This document shows, one piece after another, positions 1 through 10,354 of a DNA stretch of 64,000 nt (within the stretch, counting starts at the first letter, position 1; every line of letters begins with the position of its first letter). Where the stretch lies: IMG/VR virus record IMGVR_UViG_3300012931_000759, positions 124,001-188,000 of that record. One strand, given 5' to 3'. Both the position numbers and the translations under genes were made by a program. The notes under the pieces are model-generated. The model was not told where the DNA came from. It was given only the letters and a program-made list of their open reading frames with translations, and did no database searches.

Positions 1-108
1 GATCGGCGCCAATTCCGATGCCAAGTTGATGGTGCGGGGATTTCGGCGTTGTCCGGATGAGCTCAGCCGGGAATCGTTCGACTGCCGCGTCGAGCCGGTG
101 AGCTAACC

Positions 109-555
109 ATGTGCTGGAGTAGCAAACTGAAGACATCATTAGGGTTGAAGGTAAATGCCAACAAAGTGCCCGGCCTTCCCACACTTGCCTCCTACGAGCG
201 TGCGCTGGCAATTTTGATCGAAGAGTGCGCAAAGAGGCTTGACCCGTCCGCCGTGTCGAAAGCCGTGTCGTCTGTCACGGTCGAATGGTGGGATAAGATA
301 GCTCCACGGCCGTCTACAGGTGTACTTGATACCGTGGTGGTGGATGGCGATGCGATCTACAGCGGCCTGACAATCGGGACGGTGTGTAAGGTTGCCTGGC
401 GCGGAAAGTTCTACAGGAGCGCGTTCTGCCACGAGATTTTACACGTTGTCGGGGCGGTAGCCCTGAATGACGCCGATCCTGGACATGTCAACAATCTCCT
501 ATGGAAAGAGCTGGAATCAGCGGCAAACGGTCGACTGGCGGCCGAGCAGCTCTAA
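109..555 (+). CDS. Hypothetical protein with HExxH motif (possible zincin-like metallopeptidase)
   Basis: ORF contains AFCHEILHVVG followed by DPGH; ATG follows a preceding TAA. Confidence 0.55.
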   Translation: MCWSSKLKTSLGLKVNANKVPGLPTLASYERALAILIEECAKRLDPSAVSKAVSSVTVEWWDKIAPRPSTGVLDTVVVDGDAIYSGLTIGTVCKVAWRGKFYRSAFCHEILHVVGAVALNDADPGHVNNLLWKELESAANGRLAAEQL

Positions 556-572
556 CTCTGCTAGGAGGGCCG

Positions 573-1136
573 ATGGCAGGCAAGAAAAGGAAGGCGTCTT
601 GGACCAAGGCGCAGCTGGACACTCTTCACGAATGTTGGAAGGCCTCACAGACTCGCCAGAAGTACTTAGAACTTGTCGCGCAGAGGATGCCGGAGATCCC
701 GCCACCCACGGCGCTGTTGCTTGCCCGAAAGCTTTCACGATCCGACCGCGACTGGCAGATGACGGCCAGGCGGAAGGAGCGCGAGTGCGAGGAGCGCCAG
801 CTGGCCAAGGAGCGGAACCGGCAGGACAGGTTGCGTCGTCACGACGAGCGGCAGCGTGCCAAGGAGTGGAAAGGGCAGCGGGAGGCGATACGTGAGGCGC
901 TGTCCAAGAAGCACGCCGAACAGGTTGAGGAGGTTGTGGGCAGTGAGTTCTTCTTTTGCCCGGATACACGCCAGCACGTGTGTCACCTCTCCTGCGTGTT
1001 TAGAGTGTTCTCGAAGGACGACAAGTACGGTTTTGTACATGGTGGACCGTGCGATAAGTGCGAGCGCATGGATGAGCATATCCCAGCCTTGGAACGGATA
1101 ATTGGAGGTTTAGGCGATGAAGGACAAAAATCTTGA
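573..1136 (+). CDS. Hypothetical protein, charged coiled coil plus Cys-rich C-terminus
   Basis: AGGAGG at 563-568 before ATG 573; CPD..CHLSC..CDKC cluster. Confidence 0.7.
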   Translation: MAGKKRKASWTKAQLDTLHECWKASQTRQKYLELVAQRMPEIPPPTALLLARKLSRSDRDWQMTARRKERECEERQLAKERNRQDRLRRHDERQRAKEWKGQREAIREALSKKHAEQVEEVVGSEFFFCPDTRQHVCHLSCVFRVFSKDDKYGFVHGGPCDKCERMDEHIPALERIIGGLGDEGQKS

Positions 1137-1614
1137 CGATATCAGACCGGCAAGGGGTGTGAAGCTGGGACACAAGGCTGCTCCTCAGCCGCAGCGGTCG
1201 GTAAGGGCGCAGGTAGTCAAGGATGTCCAGCAGCCCACCAGCGACATTTCTCCGCCTACCGAGGAGGCCGCCAAAATTGTCCTGGAGAACAATAGGGCCA
1301 AGGAGGTTCTGATCGAGGCGATCAAGGGCGTCAACCGCCTGATGAACAGGCGCATCCTACCCGAGAACCGGTCGGTCAGGGAAAACGACGAAGAGAAGGT
1401 GGCTATAACGGATCTGGTAAATGCTGCCATCGTCATGGAGGGCCTTAGCCCCGGCGAGGGACTGCTTGGAATGGCAACCTTGGCCGTACGGCAGGGACTG
1501 TCGCTGCGCGACGCTGGCAACCATCTGGCGTACGAACTGGAGCTGGCACGCCGCGAATTAGCCGAGCTGCGCAAGCGCCTGGATATCTGTGAGAAGACCA
1601 AGTCCGATGGCTGA
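1117..1614 (+). CDS. Hypothetical coiled-coil protein
   Basis: GGAGG upstream; tightly packed in the operon. Confidence 0.7.
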   Translation: MKDKNLDDIRPARGVKLGHKAAPQPQRSVRAQVVKDVQQPTSDISPPTEEAAKIVLENNRAKEVLIEAIKGVNRLMNRRILPENRSVRENDEEKVAITDLVNAAIVMEGLSPGEGLLGMATLAVRQGLSLRDAGNHLAYELELARRELAELRKRLDICEKTKSDG

Positions 1615-1780
1615 TGCTCACGGCGTGATATCCTCCGTACTAGAGGAGCTGGACACTGAATATACAGAGTACCAGGAACTCCACTGTAGGTACCATATAC
1701 GCGAGGACGATGTCGCAAAGATCGTCCACAAGCGGCTTGTTGAGCTGTGTAAGCGGCTCTTGAGGGAGATACCCAGATAA
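1607..1780 (+). CDS. Small hypothetical protein
   Basis: Fills the gap; its stop TAA overlaps the ATG of the next gene. Confidence 0.55.
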   Translation: MADAHGVISSVLEELDTEYTEYQELHCRYHIREDDVAKIVHKRLVELCKRLLREIPR

Positions 1781-2850
1781 TGACGGATCCGGGAATTGTC
1801 CTCGGCGACACGCTTCGCCAGTTTAAGATTAGGGCGAGGGTCAAGCAGTGCCGCCGTGAGGGGGCGTTCCTCGTCTGCGATATCATGCTGGAGCCAGGCG
1901 GCAAGGTCAGGCAGATAGAGCGGCACAGTATGGAGATTGCGCTTGCGATCCGTGCTACAGTCGAGCCGCTGGTGTATCCAGTGCCCTCCGAGGGTATTGT
2001 GCGGCTGGAGCTGATGATGGAGGATCCTGGTCCGGTGCCCTTCCAAGACGTGGTGAACTCAAAGGAGTTCCAAGTGGGAGATGCGGTTCTGCCGGTGGCT
2101 ATGGGCGTGGCGCGTAATGGTCGGAACCTCGTGGCGGATCTGGTACAGATGCCGCACCTGCTTGTCGCAGGGACGACTGGTTCTGGTAAGTCGATGGCTC
2201 TCCATGTCATCGTTAACAGTCTTATGCTGTGCGGCCAGGATCGGGTCCGCCTGGCCATGATAGATCCGAAGCGGATAGAATTCTCCCACTACATTGGAAT
2301 GCCGCAGCTGTACGCTCCCATCGCCAAGGATGTCGAATCGTCCATGGAGCTGCTTGGGCGCCTAATCTCCGACATGGAGACGCGGTTTGCCACTCTCCAG
2401 AAAGCAAAATGTCGTGACATTACACAGTATTGTGGCCGTATGCCGCGCATTGTGGTGCTGATTGACGAGTTTGCCGACCTCATGATGGCGTCGAAGCGCG
2501 CCGCGCAGGACCTGATCTGCCGTTTAGCCCAGAAGTCCAGGGCCTGCGGTATACACATGGTTCTAGCCACACAGAGGCCGTCTATCGATGTTGTGACTGG
2601 GCTCATCAAGGCGAACTTCCCCTCGCGCATGAGCTGCCAAGTCAGTTCGGCTACCGACAGCCGCGTCGTCCTTGATCGGAACGGGGCTGAGCGCCTGACC
2701 GGAAAGGGCGACGCCATCCTTGATTGTCCAGGCAATCGCTTCGTGCGGCTGAAGGGAGCCTTCCTGTCGGAGGCCGACATCATGCTAAACGTGAAGCGCC
2801 TAGCGTCGAACCAATCCTGGTGGAAGAGAATGTGGAGCGTAAAACCATGA
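1780..2850 (+). CDS. FtsK/SpoIIIE-family ATPase (motor domain only, no membrane or gamma domain)
   Basis: HLLVAGTTGSGKS Walker A, IDPK, IDEFADL Walker B, LATQRP, GAERLTGKGD. Confidence 0.9.
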   Translation: MTDPGIVLGDTLRQFKIRARVKQCRREGAFLVCDIMLEPGGKVRQIERHSMEIALAIRATVEPLVYPVPSEGIVRLELMMEDPGPVPFQDVVNSKEFQVGDAVLPVAMGVARNGRNLVADLVQMPHLLVAGTTGSGKSMALHVIVNSLMLCGQDRVRLAMIDPKRIEFSHYIGMPQLYAPIAKDVESSMELLGRLISDMETRFATLQKAKCRDITQYCGRMPRIVVLIDEFADLMMASKRAAQDLICRLAQKSRACGIHMVLATQRPSIDVVTGLIKANFPSRMSCQVSSATDSRVVLDRNGAERLTGKGDAILDCPGNRFVRLKGAFLSEADIMLNVKRLASNQSWWKRMWSVKP

Positions 2851-3872
2851 AAGTGTTGGCTCCTGAACTAGAGCGCGGCTTGGCGGACATACTTGCGCGC
2901 GGAGGCTGCGTATTCCCAATATGCTCTGACAGCAAACGCCCTCTGCCTCTGCCCGGATGTAGCATTGGCAAGCCGGGGAAAGGCGGGTATAAGCTGGCCA
3001 CTAATGATCCGCGCGTGGCGTGGCGGTATTTCAGGGGTGACCCTCTGCCGGACGGTACGCCCGACATTTCCAAGAAGACTTTGCGCGCTTGGAGGAGAAC
3101 CGAGAGCCCGAACGCGGCCGTGACGCTGGACATGAGTGGCATGATGGTTCTCGACGCCGACAACCTGGACGAGCTGCGTGTCTTTCGGGCTCAGTATGGC
3201 GATTTGCCGCCAACCTACTGCGTACGCTCGCCAAGGGAGAACGGCGGGCTACATTACTACTTTAGGGCGAACCCCGATGCGAACTTTAGGCGCACGGTGT
3301 CCGGGTTTCCGCATCTCGACGTGAAGCATCACGGTTACGTGTTGATTCCAGGCAGTGTGAAACGGAACGGATCCGGGGAAGTAGTTGGGCGCTACGCTGT
3401 TGTGGATGATAGTCCGATAGCCGAGCTGCCAGCTTGGCTGATTCCGCTGATCGAGAGGCCGCCGGTCCAGCCGGGAGAGTCCTCCAGGATGGCTGATGAA
3501 TGGGGAGGCATGTGCGCCGAGATTGAGAGGGCGCGCGCCTATCTGGCCAAGATGCCGTCCGCCATATCTGGGCAAGGCGGGCATAACGCCACCTTCGCCG
3601 CAGCCTGTATTCTGGTGCGTGGCTTCGCGCTTCCTGAGGAGGAGGCGTACGATCTTCTGGTTACCCACTTCAATTCTCGCTGCGAGCCCCCGTGGACGGA
3701 ATGGGAGTTGCGCCACAAAGTTAGGAGCGCCATGGAGGTTGGTGGTTCCCCGATTGGGTACCTGCTGGATGGTGGTGAGAGGGAATCCGAGGTCGCTGAG
3801 GCCGTGGAAGTTGGGCCATACGACATTACGCCCCTTTGGGACGAAGCTGGAAACGATTGGGGTAACACATGA
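2847..3872 (+). CDS. Bifunctional DNA primase/polymerase (Prim-Pol) with PriCT-like C-terminal domain
   Basis: VLDAD, GGLHYYF, GYVLIPGS motifs; C-terminal GQGGHNATF..CEPPW; ATGA overlap at 2847. Confidence 0.8.
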   Translation: MKVLAPELERGLADILARGGCVFPICSDSKRPLPLPGCSIGKPGKGGYKLATNDPRVAWRYFRGDPLPDGTPDISKKTLRAWRRTESPNAAVTLDMSGMMVLDADNLDELRVFRAQYGDLPPTYCVRSPRENGGLHYYFRANPDANFRRTVSGFPHLDVKHHGYVLIPGSVKRNGSGEVVGRYAVVDDSPIAELPAWLIPLIERPPVQPGESSRMADEWGGMCAEIERARAYLAKMPSAISGQGGHNATFAAACILVRGFALPEEEAYDLLVTHFNSRCEPPWTEWELRHKVRSAMEVGGSPIGYLLDGGERESEVAEAVEVGPYDITPLWDEAGNDWGNT

Positions 3873-5074
3873 AACTGGTTGTTCTTGGCGATCTCCATCT
3901 TGGCGGAGGATATTCACTCGGTAGGATAGATCCGTACAAGCAGTTGAACACCAGACTTATAGACCACTCGAACACATTCGACCACGTGGTCGATTTTATG
4001 GTGGATCATGGGGTGGAACACCTGGCGCTCACCGGAGATATCTACGAGCACCGCCGCCCGGAAGCCTCACAGATGGCGCTTTTTTCGGAGAAACTGGCGC
4101 GCCTGACGGACCTAGGCATACACACGCATATCGTAGCAGGGAATCACGACATAGTGCGGGCGCATAAGGCGACCACTATGGACAAATTCCGCCTCCTGCG
4201 GTTGCCGATGGTCCACGTGTACAATGACATTGAGAGTCACCACTGTATTGGGGCTGATGGAAACGGGATCAATCTGGTATTTCTGCCGTTCAGGACTAGG
4301 CAAATGCTCCAGTGCTGGTCGAACGGCGAGGCCGTAGCTTTCCTAAAGGAGAGGCTCCAGTTCGAGAAGCGTGGTTTTGGTAACGATAATCCAGCGGTCA
4401 TCGTCGGGCACTTGACATTACAAGGTGCGCAGTTACACGGCACGGCACTCGAGGAACATGCCGTGTTCGACATTGTAATGCCGCCAGACGCCTTTGACGG
4501 ATTCGAGGCTGTGTTCATGGGTCATGTACATCAGTTTCAGGTGCTGTCCAAGGATCCGTTGATTGCGCACGTGGGATCGATGGAGCGCACGGATTTTGGT
4601 GAGGCTGACCAGCCAAAGATGTTTGTGATGGTGGAGGTGTCCAAAGGACGGGTCGCGTGCGAGTTTGTGGCCCTGCCGGTAAAATCCCTGTGCGATATTG
4701 TGATCGATAGGACGGCCGACCATCCAGATGGGATGATGGATGGCATCAAGGCCTGGCTGAGAACCTATGCCTCGAGGAGCAGTTTGGTGGACAGCATTGC
4801 CAGGGTCACGATTACGGTCAGTGATGCGGCAGCTCATGCCGTGGACACCGCCGAGATCATGAGATTCTTGCTCCGCGATTTGGCGGTCAGCAACTGCGTC
4901 GGCGTACATGCGCAGATTGTGTCGAAACGACAGTTGCGAGATGCTACTATAACTGAGAAGTCCGACCCCTTGGTTTCCCTGAACAAATGGCTTGAACTTA
5001 ATGTCGCCGATCCAGCGACTCGCGACGAGATGGCCAAGGCGGGGGCGAGTATTATCGAAGGGAGCCGCAGATGA
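3869..5074 (+). CDS. sbcD: SbcD/Mre11-family nuclease
   Basis: GDLHLG, LTGDIY, AGNHD, GH, MGHVH metallophosphoesterase motifs; adjacent to SbcC. Confidence 0.9.
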   Translation: MKLVVLGDLHLGGGYSLGRIDPYKQLNTRLIDHSNTFDHVVDFMVDHGVEHLALTGDIYEHRRPEASQMALFSEKLARLTDLGIHTHIVAGNHDIVRAHKATTMDKFRLLRLPMVHVYNDIESHHCIGADGNGINLVFLPFRTRQMLQCWSNGEAVAFLKERLQFEKRGFGNDNPAVIVGHLTLQGAQLHGTALEEHAVFDIVMPPDAFDGFEAVFMGHVHQFQVLSKDPLIAHVGSMERTDFGEADQPKMFVMVEVSKGRVACEFVALPVKSLCDIVIDRTADHPDGMMDGIKAWLRTYASRSSLVDSIARVTITVSDAAAHAVDTAEIMRFLLRDLAVSNCVGVHAQIVSKRQLRDATITEKSDPLVSLNKWLELNVADPATRDEMAKAGASIIEGSRR

Positions 5075-7191
5075 TTCCGGTTTATCTGCTGCTTGAAGAC
5101 TTTATGTCGCATGCGCACTCTGAGCTGGACTTCACCCAGTTCGACATGGCGCTGATCATCGGGATGGAGAATGACGATCCGGACTCGTCGAACGGCATCG
5201 GTAAGACGGCGCTTTTCGACGCAATCCGCTGGGTGCTGTACGGCAAGCACCGTTTTCGCACCAAAAAGCGCGTGATCAAGCGCGGCAAGGTGACCTGCTC
5301 GGTCACTTTCATATTCCAGATACAGAATGAGATGTATAGGATCGTGCGCAAGTTGAGCCAGCGGGCAACCTTGAGTGAGGTGTCGCTTTTTGTCCAGGAC
5401 GGTCAGGATTGGCGGGATCTGTCATGCGATACGGCTACTGCCACGAACAGGAAGATAGAAGAGCTGATCAGGCTGACCGACGAGACCTTTGTGAACTCAA
5501 TCTGCTTTCCGCAGAATGACCTGCTGCGCTTTGCGTCAGCCACAGCTAGCCAGAAGAAGGAGATAATGAAGGAGAGTCTGGAGATTGAGATCTGGGATCG
5601 CTACTACGAGAGGGCGAAGGAGGTCGCGCGTCGGCTTTCGGCGCAAATATCTGCGCTCGACGACAGGATTAGGTCGTTTGGCAATCCTGAGCGCGAGTTG
5701 GCGTCAAACAAGGCGGCAATACAGGAACTTACAAATCGTATAGAGAGGGTCAAGGGAAGCATTGCGGACAACATGCGTGAGCTGAATGTACTACAGGCTT
5801 CGGCCGACCCATCTGCCGGGCGGCTAGAGGCTATAGTGACGCGTGCCGCTGCAATAAAAGATCGAAAGCAGGCGATCATGGCCGAACTGGCCAACTACAG
5901 GAGTGTGGCAGACGCCGCTCGGGAGAACCAATCGGCCCTAGTTGACCGTCTTGTCGAGGCTGCGCACCAGGTTCTCGTAGTCTTGGGCCACCCTGATCGT
6001 TCAAAGGCTGAGGATGTGTTCAGGATGTTTGCGCCTTCGCGTAAAGTGCCGACGTACGCAGTGTTTCGCGATAGGTTGGAGCAGGACAAGACCTCCCTGA
6101 AAGAGGCGCAGAAGAAGGCGGACGATGCGAGCATGAAGCTCCAACAACTTCTGACGTTGGAGCCGGGCAAGAAGTGTCCGACATGTCTGACGACGCTCGA
6201 TGATCCGGAAAAGGTGCTGCGGGAGCGCAAGAAGCGCACGAAGTTCCTCGAGAACGCCAAGAGAGAGGCCGAAACGCTCGCGGCCGAGTTTATGAAAACC
6301 GTGATACGTCAGGATGGGATCATCGCCAAGGCAGATGTAGCATCTGCCAACATTGTACACATGGTTGAATCCATGTCGCAGCTCGACGCCCAGTTGTCGA
6401 ACCTGTCCACTTGGTGTACTAGCCTGGAGGCTGAATTGGGTTCTCTGGCAGATGAGTGGAGAGCCCTGAAGGACGAGAAGGCCAGCCTGAAGGCTATTGA
6501 TTCCGAACGGGTTGGACGGAGTGCTGACGACCTGCGGGTATCGCTTGAATTACTGCGCCAGGATCTGCTTAGGATGAGTGTTGAGTACGGCAACATACAG
6601 GGTCACACAGAGGATCTTGAGAGACAGGTGTCAGAGCGTAGAACGCTCGTGTCCCAGAAACCAATTATCGCCAAGGAGCTGGATATTCATAACCAGCTCG
6701 TGAAGGCGTTCGGGAAGGGCGGCGTTCCGGCCATCATCATGGAGAACGTCACCGAGGATCTACAGAACTACGCGAACGAGATTTTGAGGCTTATATCGGA
6801 TAAGCCGATGTCCGTCGACTTCATAACCCAGAAGCGGACGGAATCCGGATCATGGACCGAGACCTTCGATATCGCCGTGACCATAGACGACGAGGCGAAC
6901 GAGTTCGAGGACCTGAGCGGCGGCGAACAGGTTAGGACAGCGATGGCTATCAGGTTGGCGCTCAGCAAAGTGCTTATGCGGCGAATGGGCAGCACGGCCA
7001 AGTTCCTGCTATTGGACGAAGTGGATCAAGCCCTAGACCGCCGTGGAGTCCAGGCCCTCGCGGACACCCTGGCCCTCTTGTCGAAGGAATTTAAGATCCT
7101 GGTGATCACCCACAACGAGAATATGAAGGAACGCTTCGATCACATTGTGACGGTTCAGAAGGGTCCTGATGGGAGTTTTCTGCGTCAATAG
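5071..7191 (+). CDS. sbcC: SbcC/Rad50-family SMC-like ATPase
   Basis: NGIGKT Walker A, Q-loop, CPTC zinc hook, LSGGE signature, LLLDE Walker B, ITH. Confidence 0.92.
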   Translation: MIPVYLLLEDFMSHAHSELDFTQFDMALIIGMENDDPDSSNGIGKTALFDAIRWVLYGKHRFRTKKRVIKRGKVTCSVTFIFQIQNEMYRIVRKLSQRATLSEVSLFVQDGQDWRDLSCDTATATNRKIEELIRLTDETFVNSICFPQNDLLRFASATASQKKEIMKESLEIEIWDRYYERAKEVARRLSAQISALDDRIRSFGNPERELASNKAAIQELTNRIERVKGSIADNMRELNVLQASADPSAGRLEAIVTRAAAIKDRKQAIMAELANYRSVADAARENQSALVDRLVEAAHQVLVVLGHPDRSKAEDVFRMFAPSRKVPTYAVFRDRLEQDKTSLKEAQKKADDASMKLQQLLTLEPGKKCPTCLTTLDDPEKVLRERKKRTKFLENAKREAETLAAEFMKTVIRQDGIIAKADVASANIVHMVESMSQLDAQLSNLSTWCTSLEAELGSLADEWRALKDEKASLKAIDSERVGRSADDLRVSLELLRQDLLRMSVEYGNIQGHTEDLERQVSERRTLVSQKPIIAKELDIHNQLVKAFGKGGVPAIIMENVTEDLQNYANEILRLISDKPMSVDFITQKRTESGSWTETFDIAVTIDDEANEFEDLSGGEQVRTAMAIRLALSKVLMRRMGSTAKFLLLDEVDQALDRRGVQALADTLALLSKEFKILVITHNENMKERFDHIVTVQKGPDGSFLRQ

Positions 7192-7201
7192 CATGGCGAA
7201 A

Positions 7202-7221
7202 TCTATCAATTTTCGGCTATT
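7202..7221 (+). promoter_or_regulatory. Candidate phage promoter motif TCTATCAAT-N7-TATT
   Basis: The same motif and spacing recur at 27891-27910; both copies are intergenic and upstream of genes. Confidence 0.45.
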
Positions 7222-7236
7222 TTACATAGAGGGGCT

Positions 7237-7806
7237 ATGGATATCCTTAAAACCATAATCGCTTTGGTAGGTCCCTTAGGGGCTGGAAAAGATACGGTGG
7301 CTAACTGCCTCATGGGTAGGCACAGTTTTCAGCGGTTCGCATTTGCGGACGAGATTAAACGCCAGTACTACGCGGCCAGTGGATATTCCGAGGAGAAGTT
7401 CAAGGCCGCGCGTGGAACGCCGCTCGAGGAGGAGATCAGGAGAGGATTGTGGCAGTATAGCGACCAGGTGAAGTGCGAGAAGGGTCCGCTGTACTTTATC
7501 AACATCGTCTCTGTGGCTGTCTGCGACTGTAAATTGCCCGTCGTTGTGACCGACATCAGGACATACGACGAGCTGGCAGCCATGCGGGCGACTGGAGCTA
7601 AAATCGTCCTTGTTGTCAAGCTCGCTTCCGGCGAGGCTTTCCAGGAGCCGAAAGCGGGTGACAGAATCCCCGGCACACGGCTGCTATACGGTGATCTCGG
7701 CCCGGAGCGGGGCCTGTTCGTGAACCGGGAGAATCCGGATCTTCAGGCGGCCGAAGCTGCCATCGAGGAATGGTACATGGCTGAAAGCGGCAAGATGCGC
7801 TCGTAG
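7237..7806 (+). CDS. Deoxynucleoside monophosphate kinase-like protein
   Basis: GPLGAGKDT P-loop, FAFADEIK, VVTDIR..E. Confidence 0.8.
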   Translation: MDILKTIIALVGPLGAGKDTVANCLMGRHSFQRFAFADEIKRQYYAASGYSEEKFKAARGTPLEEEIRRGLWQYSDQVKCEKGPLYFINIVSVAVCDCKLPVVVTDIRTYDELAAMRATGAKIVLVVKLASGEAFQEPKAGDRIPGTRLLYGDLGPERGLFVNRENPDLQAAEAAIEEWYMAESGKMRS

Positions 7807-7835
7807 CCGCCGTGCGCTTGACGCTCGGCGGCTTT
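7806..7835 (+). terminator. Terminator-like hairpin
   Basis: GCCGCCG-t-GCG [cttga] CGC-t-CGGCGGC followed by TTT, directly after the kinase stop codon. Confidence 0.45.
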
Positions 7836-7845
7836 GGAGACATCC

Positions 7846-8046
7846 ATGGTTGTCGAGTTTGCCACTACCAGAAGGGTACGCGCAGTCAGGCGGGCCATAA
7901 ACTTCTGGTATAGGAACCTGGCGGACAGGATGTCGCTTTTTAAGTTCCTGTCATGCTGCGACTGGTTGGAGACGGATGGGCAGCCGCTCCTGGTTTACGA
8001 CAGCGACAAGGCGGACGACGACACGAAGATCGCCGCCGGAGGGTGA
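7846..8046 (+). CDS. Small hypothetical protein
   Basis: GGAG before ATG 7846; fills the gap. Confidence 0.55.
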   Translation: MVVEFATTRRVRAVRRAINFWYRNLADRMSLFKFLSCCDWLETDGQPLLVYDSDKADDDTKIAAGG

Positions 8047-8049
8047 TGG

Positions 8050-8964
8050 ATGGCAGTCATCACGATAACCGCAATCGGACTCGGTCCCGACCTTGTGGCC
8101 GGGATACCGCAGCTTGTCGAACTGGCCACCAACCTCCCGGCGACGGTCTACTTTACCCTCGACGGATCCGAGCCTACCGCGTACTCGCCGGTCTATGTGA
8201 GCCCTATACAGCTTCCGACCGCCCTGCGCGTGCGCCTCAGGGCCTTGGCGATCAGCGGTCCGGACCAAGGAACGCTAGATCTGACCTTTAGTGCCTCACC
8301 CGGCCTCATCGGCGAGACTAGGAAGGGTACATTCACTGGAATTGTCGTGGACGCCTACGGGGTCCCCGAAGTCGTGGTCGACGGGTATGGGCCGAACATA
8401 GACCATCCGGTCACGGACAATGAGTTCACGGTGGATGTGCCCGTGCGCGGCTCCGACATTCCGCTGGTTGGCCTGGAGACAAAATATTCCAGAACCGGAT
8501 TCGATGGCGAGGGTCCCGGAACCCTGATTTCGATCGGTTTTCCTACCAAGGAGGAGCAGGAGCACGCCTCGGCTATCGATCCGAGGGCCAGCTCGCCAAA
8601 CAACGACAATGTCTATTTCAACCCGCGCTCGCAGTTCGTTGTGATAGATGGGCGGGACGGCTACCAGGATCAATCCGTATTCATCATCAACCGCCCGATG
8701 GGCGGAACAATGGACGATACTAAGTACCTAGGAGGTAAGTCACTCTACGAGCCAGCCCCGTATATCTCCGGGAGCCTGGTGCGGCATTTCTACAACTATG
8801 AGAAGGGAATAGCTGTTTTTTACTATTTTGATGGCAACGAATGCCGATGGATCAAAAGTATCCAAAAGTTACAAGAGCCACCGCTGCCGCCTGGAGTCGG
8901 ACAGAGACGAGGGGGAATGCCGCTTGTGTTCGCCTGGGTCTATGGCAGGCGCAGTATGATTTGA
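8050..8964 (+). CDS. Protein with N-terminal chitobiase/beta-hexosaminidase C-terminal (Fn3-associated) Ig-like domain; possibly structural
   Basis: ATVYFTLDGSEPT..SPVY..PI signature. Confidence 0.7.
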   Translation: MAVITITAIGLGPDLVAGIPQLVELATNLPATVYFTLDGSEPTAYSPVYVSPIQLPTALRVRLRALAISGPDQGTLDLTFSASPGLIGETRKGTFTGIVVDAYGVPEVVVDGYGPNIDHPVTDNEFTVDVPVRGSDIPLVGLETKYSRTGFDGEGPGTLISIGFPTKEEQEHASAIDPRASSPNNDNVYFNPRSQFVVIDGRDGYQDQSVFIINRPMGGTMDDTKYLGGKSLYEPAPYISGSLVRHFYNYEKGIAVFYYFDGNECRWIKSIQKLQEPPLPPGVGQRRGGMPLVFAWVYGRRSMI

Positions 8965-8979
8965 CCGGAAGGGGCGATT

Positions 8980-9768
8980 ATGGCAGACAATGAGACCGGA
9001 AAATCGGCTGAAGACGATGCCGAACAGGAGACCCGCAAAATCCTCATCAAACTTTCAGCATCGAGAGCAAAAACATTCGAGCAATGTCCTAGAAAATATT
9101 ATTATTTATACCTAGAACAGTTGCCGAAAAAAGAATGGGACCACCTTGAGCTGGGGACGTATGTCCACGCCGCGCTGGAGACCTTCCACCGCAGCATCAG
9201 GGACGGCTCCAAGGAGCCCCTGCGTAAGCTCATGGGGGCAGCCGTCGGCGATGCCTTCAAGCGGATGACCGACAAAGGCCGTTCGCTTCCCGACGAACAA
9301 CTTCGCGAGGCCAAGGTTATGCTCTCCGACTACCTGGTACGCATTGAGGAGAAGGGCCTTCCGGACGTCCTGGAGGTCGAATTCCCGTTTACCATCCCAC
9401 TGAACGACATGTACGACCTAACCGGAGTCATTGATCGCATAGACCGTGACTTAGATGGCACACTTCACATCGTGGACTACAAGACAAGCAAGAGTGCCAA
9501 ATATATGGAGCCTTTCCAGCTCAACACCTACGGGTTGCTTCTAGAGTCTAAGTATCCGGGCATCAAGCGTTTCAGGGCTTCGTACATCATGCTCAAGCTC
9601 GGCTGCCAGCCCCTGTCGTATGAGTTCACGTCCGACGACATCGAGAAGTGCCGCGCCAAGCTGATCAAATACGCCGACAGAATCACCTCCGAGGAACGCT
9701 GGCTCGCGAAGCCGGGAAGGCTTTGCGACTGGTGTGATTTCAAGGACGTCTGCTTCAATTCTTGGTAG
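8980..9768 (+). CDS. PD-(D/E)XK nuclease, Cas4/RecB/AddB-like with Fe-S cysteines
   Basis: CPRKY, GVIDRID, IVDYKTS, QL..Y, C-terminal CDWCDFKDVC. Confidence 0.85.
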   Translation: MADNETGKSAEDDAEQETRKILIKLSASRAKTFEQCPRKYYYLYLEQLPKKEWDHLELGTYVHAALETFHRSIRDGSKEPLRKLMGAAVGDAFKRMTDKGRSLPDEQLREAKVMLSDYLVRIEEKGLPDVLEVEFPFTIPLNDMYDLTGVIDRIDRDLDGTLHIVDYKTSKSAKYMEPFQLNTYGLLLESKYPGIKRFRASYIMLKLGCQPLSYEFTSDDIEKCRAKLIKYADRITSEERWLAKPGRLCDWCDFKDVCFNSW

Positions 9769-10354
9769 ACAATGGAGAAAAATATTGCGAACCGATGAGG
9801 CCCGGTTTTTTGTCGGCCACGCCCTGGTCTATGGTCGCCGGGTTTGTGTCGATACTGCCAGCGGAGTCGGCATTGCCGACGTGTTGGAAAGGATGTCCGC
9901 TTTCCTGGACGGCTTCGCTCGCTGGCGGCACACTGATCCCATGTTTGGCACCGCCGACATGCGTCAGGAAGCGTACGCTGCCGCTATAGAGGGGATGAGG
10001 GCATACCGGACCGGATATTCGGCACAGCTATCTACATTTTTACACATGTATGTACGAAATCGCATGATTGACATCAGACGCGGACGCCAACCTATCCACA
10101 CGGAGCTTCCGGACATCCCTGTCCCACAGACCATGAGCCCGGAGGAGGTCATCGATCTCGCCAATGCGATCGGGGACCTTGGGGAACGATGGGAACGCAT
10201 CGCGCGCAGGCTGCTTATCGAGGGTGAGCGTGTGGGCGACGTGGCCCGCGAGGAGCAGATGTCCCCGTGGGGTCTAACACGCGCTCTTAGGAAGCGGATG
10301 GATTTCGTCAGGCGCCAGAGGTGTCAGGACGGCAAACTGACAGGAAAGTCATGA
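9734..10354 (+). CDS. Sigma-70-family (ECF-like) RNA polymerase sigma factor; true start uncertain and probably downstream
   Basis: Region 2-like DMRQEAY..LSTFLHMYVRNRMID; region 4-like HTH near the C-terminus. Confidence 0.75.
   Translation: MISRTSASILGRQWRKILRTDEARFFVGHALVYGRRVCVDTASGVGIADVLERMSAFLDGFARWRHTDPMFGTADMRQEAYAAAIEGMRAYRTGYSAQLSTFLHMYVRNRMIDIRRGRQPIHTELPDIPVPQTMSPEEVIDLANAIGDLGERWERIARRLLIEGERVGDVAREEQMSPWGLTRALRKRMDFVRRQRCQDGKLTGKS

Noticed and set aside
8980-9768. Cas4-like gene as evidence of a CRISPR-Cas locus
   Set aside because: No other cas genes or repeat-spacer array are visible; stand-alone Cas4-like nucleases are common in phages.
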